Assembly: GCF_020745735.1 (NCBI RefSeq)
Contig: NC_083409.1
Coordinates: forward strand, 19,364,341 to 19,428,340
Length of the DNA stretch: 64,000 nt
Source: Hemiscyllium ocellatum
Lineage: Eukaryota
Direction of reading: 5' to 3'
Part shown: positions 38,315-50,505 of the stretch, piece by piece
How the letters are laid out: each line of letters begins with the position of its first letter
Numbering within the stretch: the first letter of the stretch is position 1
Notes under the pieces: generated by a model
Seen by the model: only the letters and a program-made list of their open reading frames with translations
Databases searched by the model: none
Told to the model about the DNA's origin: nothing
Position numbers and translations under genes: made by a program

Positions 38315-38435
38315 CTATTCTTTTGGAAAGTACTTCTTCCACTCTGTGTCCTTCACAGCCTTGTAGACAGCAACAATGAGATTGGGAAATAACCCAAAGC
38401 TATAATCTTCTGGACTCTTCATTAAACTGTGGAAC
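38315..38435 (-). pseudogene. RNASEL: RNase L-like terminal coding exon, arm B copy
   Basis: Same acceptor and phase; [39 protein letters not shown]; 3 differences in 121 nt from the arm A copy. Confidence 0.85.
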
Positions 38436-41400
38436 CTGAAAAGTACAATTAATGTCCAAGTCAATGAAGATATTTCTCAGCAATCCGCTAAATGCTGAGT
38501 TTTAGTACTCAGCAGGCCCCAGGAGTCAAAATAACTGAGTAGATAATTGCTCTGAATTGCTCATAAGTGTCGCCTTCACATTTCAGGAGGCTTTGATCAA
38601 AAAGGTTGCTTACTCCTCTCCAAAATACAGCTTAAACTCAGCTCCAACTCCCAACCAGCCAGCTGAGAGCGGAGCCCTGTGCAAACTGGAACCTGGTCAG
38701 TGGGAGCACTGTCACCTCTGTCTCAGAAGCTTTGTCTAGTTAAAACAGAGACTTAGCTAGACAATCATTTAGCACAGAAACAGACCCTTTGGTTCAACTC
38801 ATCCATGCCAACCAGATATCCGAAATTAATCTATCCCATTTTGCCAGGATTTGGCCCATATCTCTCTAAACTGTTACTATTCATAAACCCATCCAGATGC
38901 CTTTTAAATGTTATAATTGTAATAGCCTCTGGCAGCTAATTCCATACACGCACCACCCTCTGCATGAAAACGTTGCCCCTTAGATCCCCTAAAAGTCTTT
39001 CCTCTCTCACCTTAAACATATGGCCTCTAGTTTTGGACTCACATACTCTGGGGAAAAATACCTTGGCTGTTTACCTTATCAATGCTCTTCATGATTTTAT
39101 AAACCTCTATGAGGTCACCCCTCAGCCTCCATTGCTTCAGTGGAAATAGCCCTCTCCCGATAGCTCAAAACCTCCAACCCCAGCAACATGCTTACAAATC
39201 ATTTTTCCACCCTTTCAAATTTAACAACATTGTTCCTATAGCATGAAGACCAGAACTGAGCCCTGTATTCTCAAGGTGTCCTCAACAATGGCTACTTTGG
39301 GGGACAGCTAGAACATGACAACCCAATTCCTATACTCATTTCACAGACCAATAAAGGCAAGTGTATCAATCCCCAACTTCACTCCTGTGTTTACCCATGG
39401 CTTCGCTTTCAAGGAACTGTGAATCTGCACTCCAAGGTCTCTTTGCTCAGCAGCACTCCCCAGGACTTTGTCCTTATTTGCCTTACCAAAATACAACACC
39501 TTACATTTATCTACGTTATCTCCATCCGCCACTCCTTATCCAATGGCCGATCTGAACAAGCATTGATCATATATTATAAATTTGCGCATATAGAAAGCAT
39601 TGGGGAGGCCACATCTGAAGTATTGTGTCCAATTTTGGTCTGCTTATTTGAGGTTGGATGTGGTGACACTGGAGGATGTTCTGAGGATGTTCCCCAGACT
39701 GATTCCAGGGATGAAAGGGCTGTCCTATGAGGTGCAGTTAAATAGATTGGGCTTGTATCGCTGGAGTTCAAAAGAATGAGGAAGGATCTGATTGAGCGAT
39801 AGAAAATGTGAAAGGGGATTGATAAGGTGGATGTTGAATAGATGCTCCCCCTTGCAGGATAGTTTCGAACAAGAGGTCATCAATATAGAGTGAGGGGTGG
39901 TAGGTTCAAAACTGAGATGAGAAGAAACTACTTCTCCCAGAGGGTTGTGAATCTGTGAAACTCAATGTCCCAGAGTGCAGTGGAGGCAGAATCAATCAAC
40001 AGATTCAAGAACGATGTGTTTCTGATGAAAAGCAAGATAAAGAGCGATGGGGAGCAGGCAGGAGAGTGGAGTTGAGACCAGGATAAGATCTGCCATGGTC
40101 ATGTTAAATGGCGGAGTGGGCTCGAAGGGCTGACTTGCCTCCTCCCGCTCCTAATTCCTATGTTGAGCACACAGTCAAGGCTGACACTGCAAAACTGAAG
40201 GAGCTGTTGTCTTTCAGGTGAGATACAAAACAGAGGTCCTGCCACAATCTATCGAACTGTACTATCTCCCCCAGTGACAAATGCTGGAATTTAAATTCAA
40301 ATCACAAAGCAAGCCTCATTAATGCTGACCATGATAATGATCCCTGAATGCTGTCCAGCCTCAGCCTTACCCAGTCTGGACTTCATGTGACTCCAGCCCC
40401 ACAGCAATCTGGTTAACTCTTAGGTGCCTTGAGAGGTCACAGCAAGGCCAGCAGTTCAAGGGCAATTAGGCTTGGGTAACAAATGCTGATCTATGCCAGT
40501 GACACCCACCTCCCAGAAAACAGAATGCAATAGAGATTGATGTCAGCCAAAATTGTCAGATCAGACTCCCAATGAGATGGGGAGATGGTTAAAGATGTAT
40601 TCAGCTCATTACGGAACAGGTCTCCACTTGTTTATACATCGTCGCTGACAAAATAAGGGGAAAAAATAGAGAACAAAAGGTCAGAACACTCAAATGTGGG
40701 AATATCAGTGAGAATTCAGGCAACTGAAGAAAGATACGAAGAACTGCAAAGGAAGACAAAAAGAAAGCAAGAGTTACAGAAAGTGATGGAGAAAGAGACC
40801 TGCAAAGGGTCACAAGAATAACACAAATGTTTTACACAAAAATTAGAAAATCAAGAGGGCTCCAGTGCAATGTGAGCCCTTTAAAAACAAACTGGGAATA
40901 CCACAAATTAGACGAAGGGAATGGCCGATGTGTACAATAATTAGTTGTGTCAGTCTTCACAGTCAAGGAACGGGATAATGCAGCCTCCATCGTGGTTAGT
41001 AACGATTTGAAGACTGGAATTCATGAAACTTGATACGTGCCAAAAAACAGCATTGGAGAGTGAGCAGCTCTAAAGGCTGACAGATCTCCAGGACCTCAGG
41101 GGCTTAAAGGAAGGGTGGGGGGGGGGGTGGAGGAGGTGGGGGGCAGTGTGCGGAAGAAGTTTCAGAAGCTTTTCCCATCAGGTTCCAAAGCAGCAACCAT
41201 TCCTTTAGTTTGGAAAATGTCCTGCTGTCACTCCACGGGTTCAAGAAAGATGAGAGAGGGAACCGAGGAAATTATATCCTGGTCAATCTAACATCTCTTT
41301 TGGGGGTTTCATTGGAATCAATAATTAATAACTGAGAGAATGAATACGTAGAGAATTAAAATAGCCCACATAGATTTGTGATGGGTAGGTTCTGACAAAT

Positions 41401-43061
41401 GAACCAAATGCATGAACTAAATTAGTTGAATGGGCATATAGTCTTATCAACTTTCAGAAGTACTTAATAATTTTCCACTAAACAGTCTGTTGACTAAAGT
41501 TAAAACCCATGGGATTGAAGATGAATGTTTGACTTGGTTCGGAGGTTGGTTTATTGACAAATAACAGAGAAAGAAAATGACGAGTGGTGTTCCACAAGGA
41601 TTCTGTGGTGAGGCCTTAACTACTTACTGTATGTATTAATGAGAATCATAGTTCCACATTGACACGAAGACTGATGGAATAGTAAGCAGTGCAGATGGTC
41701 TTTTTGTTTAAAACTCACTCTGAGGACATGGGTATTGCTATCTAGGCCAACATTTACAACACATTCTGTGTTGCCCTTGTGACTCATGGAATCATCACAC
41801 AGTGTAGAAGCAGGCCATTCAGCCCATCCAATTCATACCAACCCAACGAACAGCATCCCATCTGGACTTACCCCTTTCCTGTACTGCTGCATCTCTCACG
41901 GCCAATCCACCCGGCCAACACATCCCTCGACACTATGTGCAATTTGGCATGGCTAATCCACCTAACCAACACATCTATGAACTGTATGGAAGAAGCCCAC
42001 ACAGACATGGGGAAAATGTGCAACCTCCACACAGACAGTCGTCCCAGCGTGAAATTGAACCCAGGTCCCTGGTGCTGTGAGGTAGCAGCACTGACCATTG
42101 AGCCACAATTCTGCCTTTTGCAAGGTGGTGGTGAGCTGTCTTCTTGAACCACTGCAGTCCATGTGCTGTAGGTAAACCCACAATGTCGTTTGGGAGGGAA
42201 TTCCAAGATTTTCATCCAGCGACTCTGGAGGAACAGTAATATATTTTCAAATCAAGCTTCTATGTGGATTGGAGGGGAACTTGTTTTTGGTAGTGTTCTG
42301 TGTCCTTCTACATGGAAATGATGTGGGTTTGGAAGGTGCTGTCTTAAGAGACTTGGTGTGAATTCCCGCAGTGCATCTTGTAGATGGTGCACACGGCTGT
42401 TACTGAGCATCAGTGGTGGAGGGAGTGGATGTTTATCGATGTGGTGCCAATCAAGCAGGCTGCTTTGTACTGGAAGATATCAAGCTTCTTGATTGTTTTT
42501 GGGGCTGCATCCATCCAGGCAAGTGGAGAGTAACCCATCACAGTCCTATCCAGAACTTAACTGATCTTTTCTTAATTCATTTACTGGATCGGGCATCACT
42601 TGCTATGTCAGCATTTATTGCCCAGAATCAAGTGGGGTGGCACAGCACTGGGACCAAGGTTTAGTTCCCCCCTCAAGCAACTGACTGTGTGGAGTTTGCA
42701 CGTTCTCCCTGCGTCTGCCTGGGTTCCCTCCCGGTGATCTGGTTTCCTCCCACAGTCCACAAACGCGCGGGTTGGGTGGAATGGTCATGGGAAATGCAAG
42801 GTTATAGGGGAGTGGGTCTGGGTGAGATGTTCTTTGGAGAAGCGGTTTGGGTTGATTGGCCTATTTCCACATTGTAGTGATGCTATGAATTTCTTCACTC
42901 AGAGGGTTTTGAATCTTTGGGATATTCATCGATACTTAGGCGTTTGAATAAATTCATGATAGAGATAATACATATGTGGGGAGGCAATGAGTTAATGGTA
43001 TCATCACTAGATTCTTAATCACAAGAGCCAAGTAATGTTCTGGGGGATCTGGGATCACCGT

Positions 43062-43373
43062 GGGGCAGCATGGTGGTACAGTGGTTAGCACTGCTGCCTC
43101 ACAGCACCAGAATCCCAGGTTCGACTTTAGCCTCGGGTGACTGCCTTTTATGGAGTTTGCACATTCTCCCTGTGTCTGCATGGGTTTCCTCCGGGTGCTC
43201 TGGTCTCCTCCCACAATCCAAAGATGTGCAGGTTAGGTGAATTGGTCACGCTAAATTGCCCATAGTCAGGGGTGAATATGGGGAATGAGTCTGGGTGGGT
43301 TACTCTTCAGAGGGTCGCTGTGGACTTGTTGGACCGAAGGGCCTGTTTACATACTGGAGGGAATCTAATCTAA
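43062..43373 (+). mobile_element. HE1 SINE nested inside a SacSINE1-like element; further HE1 copies at ~33930-34110, 41790-42110, 42630-42880, 43540-43820, 57100-57340
   Basis: A/B boxes and HE1 body; host SINE resumes at ~43374. Confidence 0.8.
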
Positions 43374-44179
43374 ATCCTGGCAATGCATGGAGTGGAATTT
43401 TAAATCCAAAAAGACTCTGGAGTTAAGAGTCAAATGATGACCATTGTTGGGGGAGAACCCCATCGGGCCCACTAATATCCATCAGATTGCTGTCCTTGCC
43501 CATACTGACTGACATATGACTCCAGACGCACAGCAACACAGAATCATAGAATCCCTACTGTGTGGAAGAAGGCCATTCAGCCCATCAAGTACAAGCAGCA
43601 TTTCACCCAGAACCAGCCCTCTCTCCTAACCTTACACTTCCATGGCCAATCCAACTAATCTGCACATCTCTGGACTGAGAGAGGAAACTGATGCACCCGG
43701 AGGAAACCTATTCAGACACAGGGAGAACATACACATTCAACACAGACAGTTGCCTGAAGGTGGAATCAAACCCAGGACCCTGGTGCTGTGAGGTAGTGAC
43801 GCCAGCCACTGTGCCACCCATTCCTCATCTCTGATCAAAATGTCTAACCCCTTATTCCCAGGCTGGGGCTCTGCTTTAGAATCCCCAGGTAGGGGCACAT
43901 CCTTCCAAAATCTACCCTGTCAGGGCCCTGGAGAATTTTAAATGTTTCAGTGAAATCTCATCCCAGCCTTCTGAATTCTAGGGAATCCTGACCCAGTTCC
44001 CTCTCTCAACCATTAGACAATCCCTCAGCCCGTCACATGAAATGTTGCTGGGTTTGATCATCTCAGTAAGAGTTTCAAGGAGGGAAGGAGAAAGAAAGAC
44101 TCTTTCTGCTTTGAATCGATGCTAAAAACTGAAAAAAACAGGAAAATATTGTCACTAAGTATTGTTCACATATTCTTAC

Positions 44180-44299
44180 TTTTCATCAAAGTGCTGGGTG
44201 AGGTTTCTTATGAATTTCAGGAGGTCACTGGTGGTGTTCTTATATTCTTTATTCTTGCCTTGTCTCTTGTTCATGTCCATTGAGGAGAATGGAGTCAAC
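44180..44299 (-). pseudogene. RNASEL: RNase L-like KEN/ribonuclease-domain exon with mutated acceptor and +1 frameshift
   Basis: VDSILLN[+G][34 protein letters not shown]|gtaaga versus recalled human [40 protein letters not shown]. Phase-2 donor matches the phase-2 acceptor of the terminal exon; acceptor reads ttctcg rather than ttctcag. Confidence 0.85.
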
Positions 44300-46089
44300 C
44301 GAGAAGGAAATGAGCAGCAGAGTTTGTTTTCTGTGTTGATTAAATTCACCTTGCTTGCTCCTCTGATCACCTGAAGAAAGGGCGAGACTCTGAAAGATTA
44401 TGTTTTCTAATAAACCTGTTGTTCTAATAAATCTGTTGTCGCATGATTTTTGACCTTGTCCTCTGATCACATTCAGGTTATTCCCACGAGCACTGCATGT
44501 TCTTGCTTCTCCAGGTCAGCAGGTGGCGATTTTGACAATGGATTTGACAATGGTCTCCATCAGAGAGGACCCACGAATCAGGGACAGAGACCAGAGATTA
44601 TAGGCCCCGCTCTTGCTCCTCAGTCCCAGACCCGAGCACAACGGGCCCCCTGGCATCCCAGGTCCCGGTTATTACGTCCCAGACCCTGTCCATAATGCAA
44701 ATGGTGCAACTGATCCTTCTGATTTTTCCCAACCTTGCCAGGTCTCCACAAACATTGGGATTCGTTACATTCAGTCTTTGCCATGAAGGACCCTGACTGA
44801 TGGGAAACAGACTGAAATGGGTCAATAATACAGTATTGGGGAGTTACAGATGCAGATTGCCAAGTGGAAATCTGATGCTGTGGCTCTCACAGAGAACGGG
44901 CGGGACTGGGAATTCCTGGATACAAGGTGTTCAGTAAAGATAGGAAAGAGGGAAAACTGCGGGAAGTGGTGAGATTGTTCTGGAGCCAGACAATGCTGAC
45001 CAACCCTTGGCCCTGAGATATGATGGAGATGAAGGGTGAACTGTGCCAGGCTTTAACTCACTGTTACCAGGGTAAAACAGGAATTATCCATTTCACAAGA
45101 GAGTGAATGGAACTAACAAATAGATGCATGTGAAACACCCACCCAATTCCTGAGAGAGGGGGGACAAGAACAGGGACATTCTCAGACAGAAATGATGCTA
45201 AAAATGGTATCACCCCGAGAGAGATGGGTGGGATGGGGAAAGTGACAGCGACAACCCCCAGAGAGTGGGGAAAGTAACACTGACACATTTAAAACTGTAT
45301 TATCACAAGTGAGAATTCAAACAGACACCCATTCCGTCACACGGTGTTGAAGATGCACTGTCCTCATCAAAACATGTTTGAAAACTTCTTCATAACATGT
45401 AAGGGGAGAGAAACATTGATAACTGTATTATCACGAGTGAGGGTCCATTTAAATCTTGGACCATAATGTGAAATGTTCCCAGCCATAAACAACACTGGTG
45501 TATTGACATCATTATCTTATTAAACAATATTAAAACCTTGGTCAACCATGTTCCTGCAGACAGTGCATTTAAAATATCAAGAGTCTTTCCCCATTGTTGG
45601 TTTGATCAGTGACGTAACAAGGAAGCAGCAGCTGCCCCATGAACTCCAACAAAAGAATGAGAACAGGCACTTCATACAGAGCTGGCTCCCGAGAATCCAA
45701 TTCAACAACAATGATCAAAGAACAAGGAACAATACAGCACAGGAACAGGCCCTTCGGCCCTTCAGGCCTGTGCTGACACATTGTGATCTTCCTCACTGAC
45801 ACTGTCTTCACTTAGAGGATTCATATCCCCCTATTCCCTTCCTATTCATGCATTAGTGCAGGTATTTCTTGAATATTTCTATTATGTCTGCTTCCACCCC
45901 TTCCTCTGGCAGTGTGTTCCAGGCACTCAACTCCCTTTGTGTGAAATACTTGCCTCCCACATCTCTTTTAAATTCCCCCGCCCCTTGAACCTCTGTTCCC
46001 CAATCAGTGACCCCTACACCCTGGGGGAAAAAAAAGCCTCGTATTCTCCACTCTACATATCCCATTCACAACTTTATAAACTTCGATCA

Positions 46090-47028
46090 GGACATAGAAC
46101 ATAGAATATCGAACAATACAGTACAGAACAGACCCTTCTGCCAACGATGTTGTGCTGAACACTTGTCCTGGCTTAAGCACCTATCCATGTACCTATCCAA
46201 TTGTCGCTTAAATGTCACCAATGATTCTGACTCTGCCACTCGCACAGGCAGCGCATTCCATGCCATCACCACTCTCTGGGTAAAGAACCTACCCCTGACA
46301 TGCCCCCTATACTTTCCACTCTTCATCTTAAATTTATGTCCTCTTGTAACACTCTGTTGTACCCAGGGAAAAAAGTCTCTGACTGTCTACTCTATCTATT
46401 CTCCTGATCATCTTATAAACCTCTATCAAGTCACCCCTCATCCTTCGCCGTTCCATTGAGAAAAGGCCTAGCACTCTCAACCTTTCCTCGTACGACTTAT
46501 TCTCCAGTCCAGGCAACATCCTCGTAAATCTCCTCTGCACCCTCTCCAAAGCTTCCACATCTTTCCTTAAGTGAGACGACCAAAACTGCACACAGTACTC
46601 CAAATGTGGCCTAACCAAGGTCCTGTACAGCTGAAACATCACCTCATGGCTCTTGAATTCAATCCCTCTGCTAATGAACGCTTGGGCCTTCTTACAAGCT
46701 CTATCCACCTGAGTGGCAACTTTCAAAGAGCTATGAACATAGACCCCAATATCCCTCTGCTCCTCCACCTTACTAAGAACCCTATTGTTAACCCTGTATT
46801 CAGCATTCTTATTTGTCCTTCCAAAATGGACAACCTCACACTTGACAGGGTTGAATTCCATCTGCCACTCCTCAGCCCAGCTCTGCATCATATCTAAGTC
46901 CCTTTGCAGCTGACAACACCCCTCCTCACTATCCACAACTCCACCTATCTTCATATCGTCTGCAAATTTACTGACCCACCCTTCAACTCCCTCTTCCAAA
47001 TCATTAATAAAAATTACAAACAGCAGAG
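46090..47028 (-). mobile_element. Young CR1 3' insertion nested in an older CR1, arm B only; 233-aa RT C-terminal ORF still open
   Basis: ORF 46334-47035 (INDLEEG...KFADDMKIGG...WQMEFNPVKC...); AGGAC flanks both ends; absent in arm A at ~7425. Confidence 0.9.
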
Positions 47029-50000
47029 GACACACCTCATTTTTCCGAATTCCAGTAAAAACAAACCCAGTCTATCCAACCTTTCTTCAGGACTACTATT
47101 CATCATACTTGATAATATCCTGATAAACATTTTCTGTATCGTCTTCAAAACATCCACATCCTTCTGGTAGTGTGGTGACCAGAACTGTATGCAATATTCC
47201 AAGTGTGGCCTAACTAATGTTCAATAAAGCTGCAGCATGACTTGTCTATCCTTATACGCAATGCCCCTTCCAATGAAGGCAAGCAGGCCATAAGCCTTTT
47301 TTACTGCCTTACCTCCCCGTGCTGCCACCTTCAGTGATCTATGAATATAAACACTCAGATCCCTCTGCATATCAATACTCCAAAGGATTCTGCCATTCAC
47401 TGTATAATTCCCACCTTTCAAAATGCATCACCTTACATTTGTCTGGATTAAACTACATCTGCCATTTTTCTGTCCATGCATCCAACTGATCTAATATCCT
47501 GCTCTATCCTCTGACAATCCTTCTCATTATCTGCAACTCTACCAATCTTTGTATCAACCATAAACTTACTCATTGGACCAGCTACGCTTTGCTCCAAATC
47601 ATTTATGGAGATCATGAACAGGAGAGTTCCCACCACTGATCCCTGTGCAACATCACTAGTCACAGCCCTCAATTCTGAAAACCGTTCTTTCATCGCTACC
47701 CTTTGTCTCCTGTGACTAACCTAGTTCTGTGTCCAATGCTGGGAACATTGTAGACAAGACACCTTGTTGCCAGCTCGTGACTGCAACTTGATCTAGTTCA
47801 TTCAGAAAGAGAAAAAGGACAATGTGCAGATTGTTGAACAGGCTCCTACACCTGGGCCTGAGGCAGGAGCCCAAGCTCCAACACACTGGCCTCACTTCAC
47901 ACCAACCTTCACACAGTGCGGGGTCATGAACTCCGGCCATCAATCCCTCTGGGACCGGGATGGAGTGAGGGAACAGGGACAATTGTAGAAGAGGCAATCA
48001 GGAATAAAGCAAGACAGACAGGGTGTGTTGGAAAGAGTTTAATGGAGGAAACATACTTTGTGATACTCAATATTGACATAGTCTACGTGTAGGAGGAGAA
48101 AGTGAAGACTGCAGATGCTGGAGATCAGAGCTGAAAATGTGTTGCTGGAAAAGCGCAGCAGGTCAGGCAGCATCCAAGGAGTAGGAGAATCGATGTTTCG
48201 GGCACGAGTCCTTCTTCAGGAATCTACATGCATCACAGAATGAAAAAAAAGCACAATCTGAAGACAATCTAAAGTCACATCAATGTATTTCTTTTTGATA
48301 TATCATAGCATGCAAGGCATTTTCATTGTGGCATCCTGAGCTGTACTCTCTAAGATTGAGCCAGTTGGATCCTCGCAGAGCCCCAGTTATTTGAACTGTT
48401 CAGTAATGTGGGGATACTGATAGTGGATTGGGGAACACCTGATGAAAGAGCAATGCTTTGAAAACTTGTGATTTCAAATGAACCTCTTGAGTTAGAGCCT
48501 GGTGTTGTGTGCCTTCTGACTTTGTATTGTGCGGGCACAGTGAAACAGCTGCCTTCCAGTAACTATAGAGTACTTGCAATGCAGCTGAGGAGTATGGGTA
48601 ACGACTCCCTCCATTAGCCGTGAACAAACCCGCAGTCATTCCAGTGGATTCCAGTAGGAATGATCTGTCAGTTGATTCCCAGATTTACATGGTTCACCAT
48701 CGACATCTCCAGGACAATTTGGGAAGGGCAACAAATAACCGACACGTCAACGCCCGCCCCATCCCAGGGAAAATCAAAATAAATGGCATACAATTCAAAT
48801 GATCAAACTGGTGAGGCTTGAATTCATCTCTTTAAAAGACTGGAGCCTTGCCCAGAAACAGAGCCTTGAAATGGGTGAATCTGGTTTGCCAGACTGCAAG
48901 GTGGAGTGTCCTTCGGATTAGCAGTGGGATCAGCAAAAAAAATCGTACGCAAAGATCTAACAAACAGCCATCAAAGCGTGCCCCCAAAGTGCAAAGATCA
49001 GTATTTGAAGCTCCACGTCTCCATCTCTATCCTTGCTTGTTGCTCTTCCCTAATTGTTCTGGAGAGAGCGGTAATGAGCCATGAGTGTCTCGAAGAGGAT
49101 CTGACAGAGGGACAAGGTCATGTCCGCGGCCTGAGCACAACTGCCTGACCTGCTGTGCTTTTCCAGCACCACACTTTTCGACTCCGAGCACAACGATCCC
49201 TCAGCAGAATGAGCTGTGGCACAAGAGGAAACGTGGGAGTGTTGGAAAGGCACCGGCAGCCTGGTCAGCCTGCAGAGGGGCAGAAACAGATTTGATGAAT
49301 GAGCTGATATCATCCCGAGCTGAGATGCAGACTCAGGCTTCAGAGCCACACCGTTTACATTGTTACTGACCGTGGCTCCATGGACAATGCTCCTGCCCCA
49401 TCGTCAAAATGGTCATCGGATTGAAAGCCACTTCAGAAATTAGAACACAGAATCCAGACTGAGACCGCGGTACACTGCTGAAAGTTGCACAGTCTCTGGC
49501 ACCATCATTTGAGGCTCCACCACCACCACACCCTGACCACCCCCACCCCACCTCAGGGGGCTCGACAAGATCCCATTCTGAAGAGATTCACTCGGGTGTC
49601 CTGTTCAATATTCAACTATTGCCACCAAATCAGATTTGCCTTGTCATTCGTTTACTGTCTGTGGGACCTCACCATCTTGTCCGTGAATGTGACTGCTCTA
49701 TGCTCACAGCTTTGAATATCCTGAGATGATTTTAAAAAACTGCACCAACAAGAGTTCTTTCCTCATTATCATGTAAAAGGAGAGCAATTAGCAAGAGAAA
49801 ATGCACACTGAGCGTAAACACTGAAGCTTCAGCTGAAAGGCTTTTTGCACCATGTTAACCTGCTCCCTGGGCATTTCCTTCCAATGTCCGAGATGGTTAT
49901 CAGGCTGGGATGGAGGCTGACAGATCACATGGAGTCCTTCAGGCAAGGTACACAAGGGCACAGTCTAGGCTTGCTGCAAACCTTGAAGGGCTGGGGGATT

Positions 50001-50194
50001 TTCTGTGGCAGTTTCTCGTGCACATCCTCCATGGAATTATCACAGATTTTACTGAAATGGAATTAACTCAGAGAGGAGAAGGAAATGGGAAGAATTAACT
50101 AGACAAGGGTGAGCATCAAGAGAGGTGGGAGTGTGTGGAAAATTCAGTGCCATTAAAATTTCCAACTGGGTTTCACAAGGAAAACTCAGCAACT

Positions 50195-50505
50195 GGGTGG
50201 CATGGTGGCACAGTGGTTAGCACTGTTGCCTCACAGCACCAGGGACCTTGGTTCAATTCCCGCCTCAGGCGACTGACTGTGTGGAGTTTGCACGTTGTCT
50301 GCGTGGGTTTCCTCCGGGTGCTCCGGTTTCCTCCTACAGTCCAAAGATGTGCGAGTCAGGTGAATTGGCCATGCTAAATTACACTGTAGTGTTAGGTAAG
50401 GGGTATATGTAGGGGTATGGGTGGGTTGCGCTTCGGCGGGTCGGTGTGGACTTGTTGGGCCGAAGGGCCTGTTTCCACACTGTAAGTAATCTAATCTAAT
50501 CTAAT
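50195..50505 (+). mobile_element. HE1 SINE, arm B only
   Basis: Full head to ctaatctaatctaat tail; empty site in arm A at ~3790-3800. Confidence 0.9.

Noticed and set aside
42954-43214. ORF with DPPEHYL, initially considered as the RNase L last exon
   Set aside because: It is antisense SINE sequence; the real terminal exon is at 38315-38435.
44695-44702. Perfect octamer ATGCAAAT
   Set aside because: About 21 kb from the V and inside the putative RNase L exon remnant; probably coincidental.
49240-49270. WKGTGSLVS resembling a J segment
   Set aside because: Lacks the F/W-G-x-G motif, RSS and splice donor; it is the reverse strand of the 5328 region.
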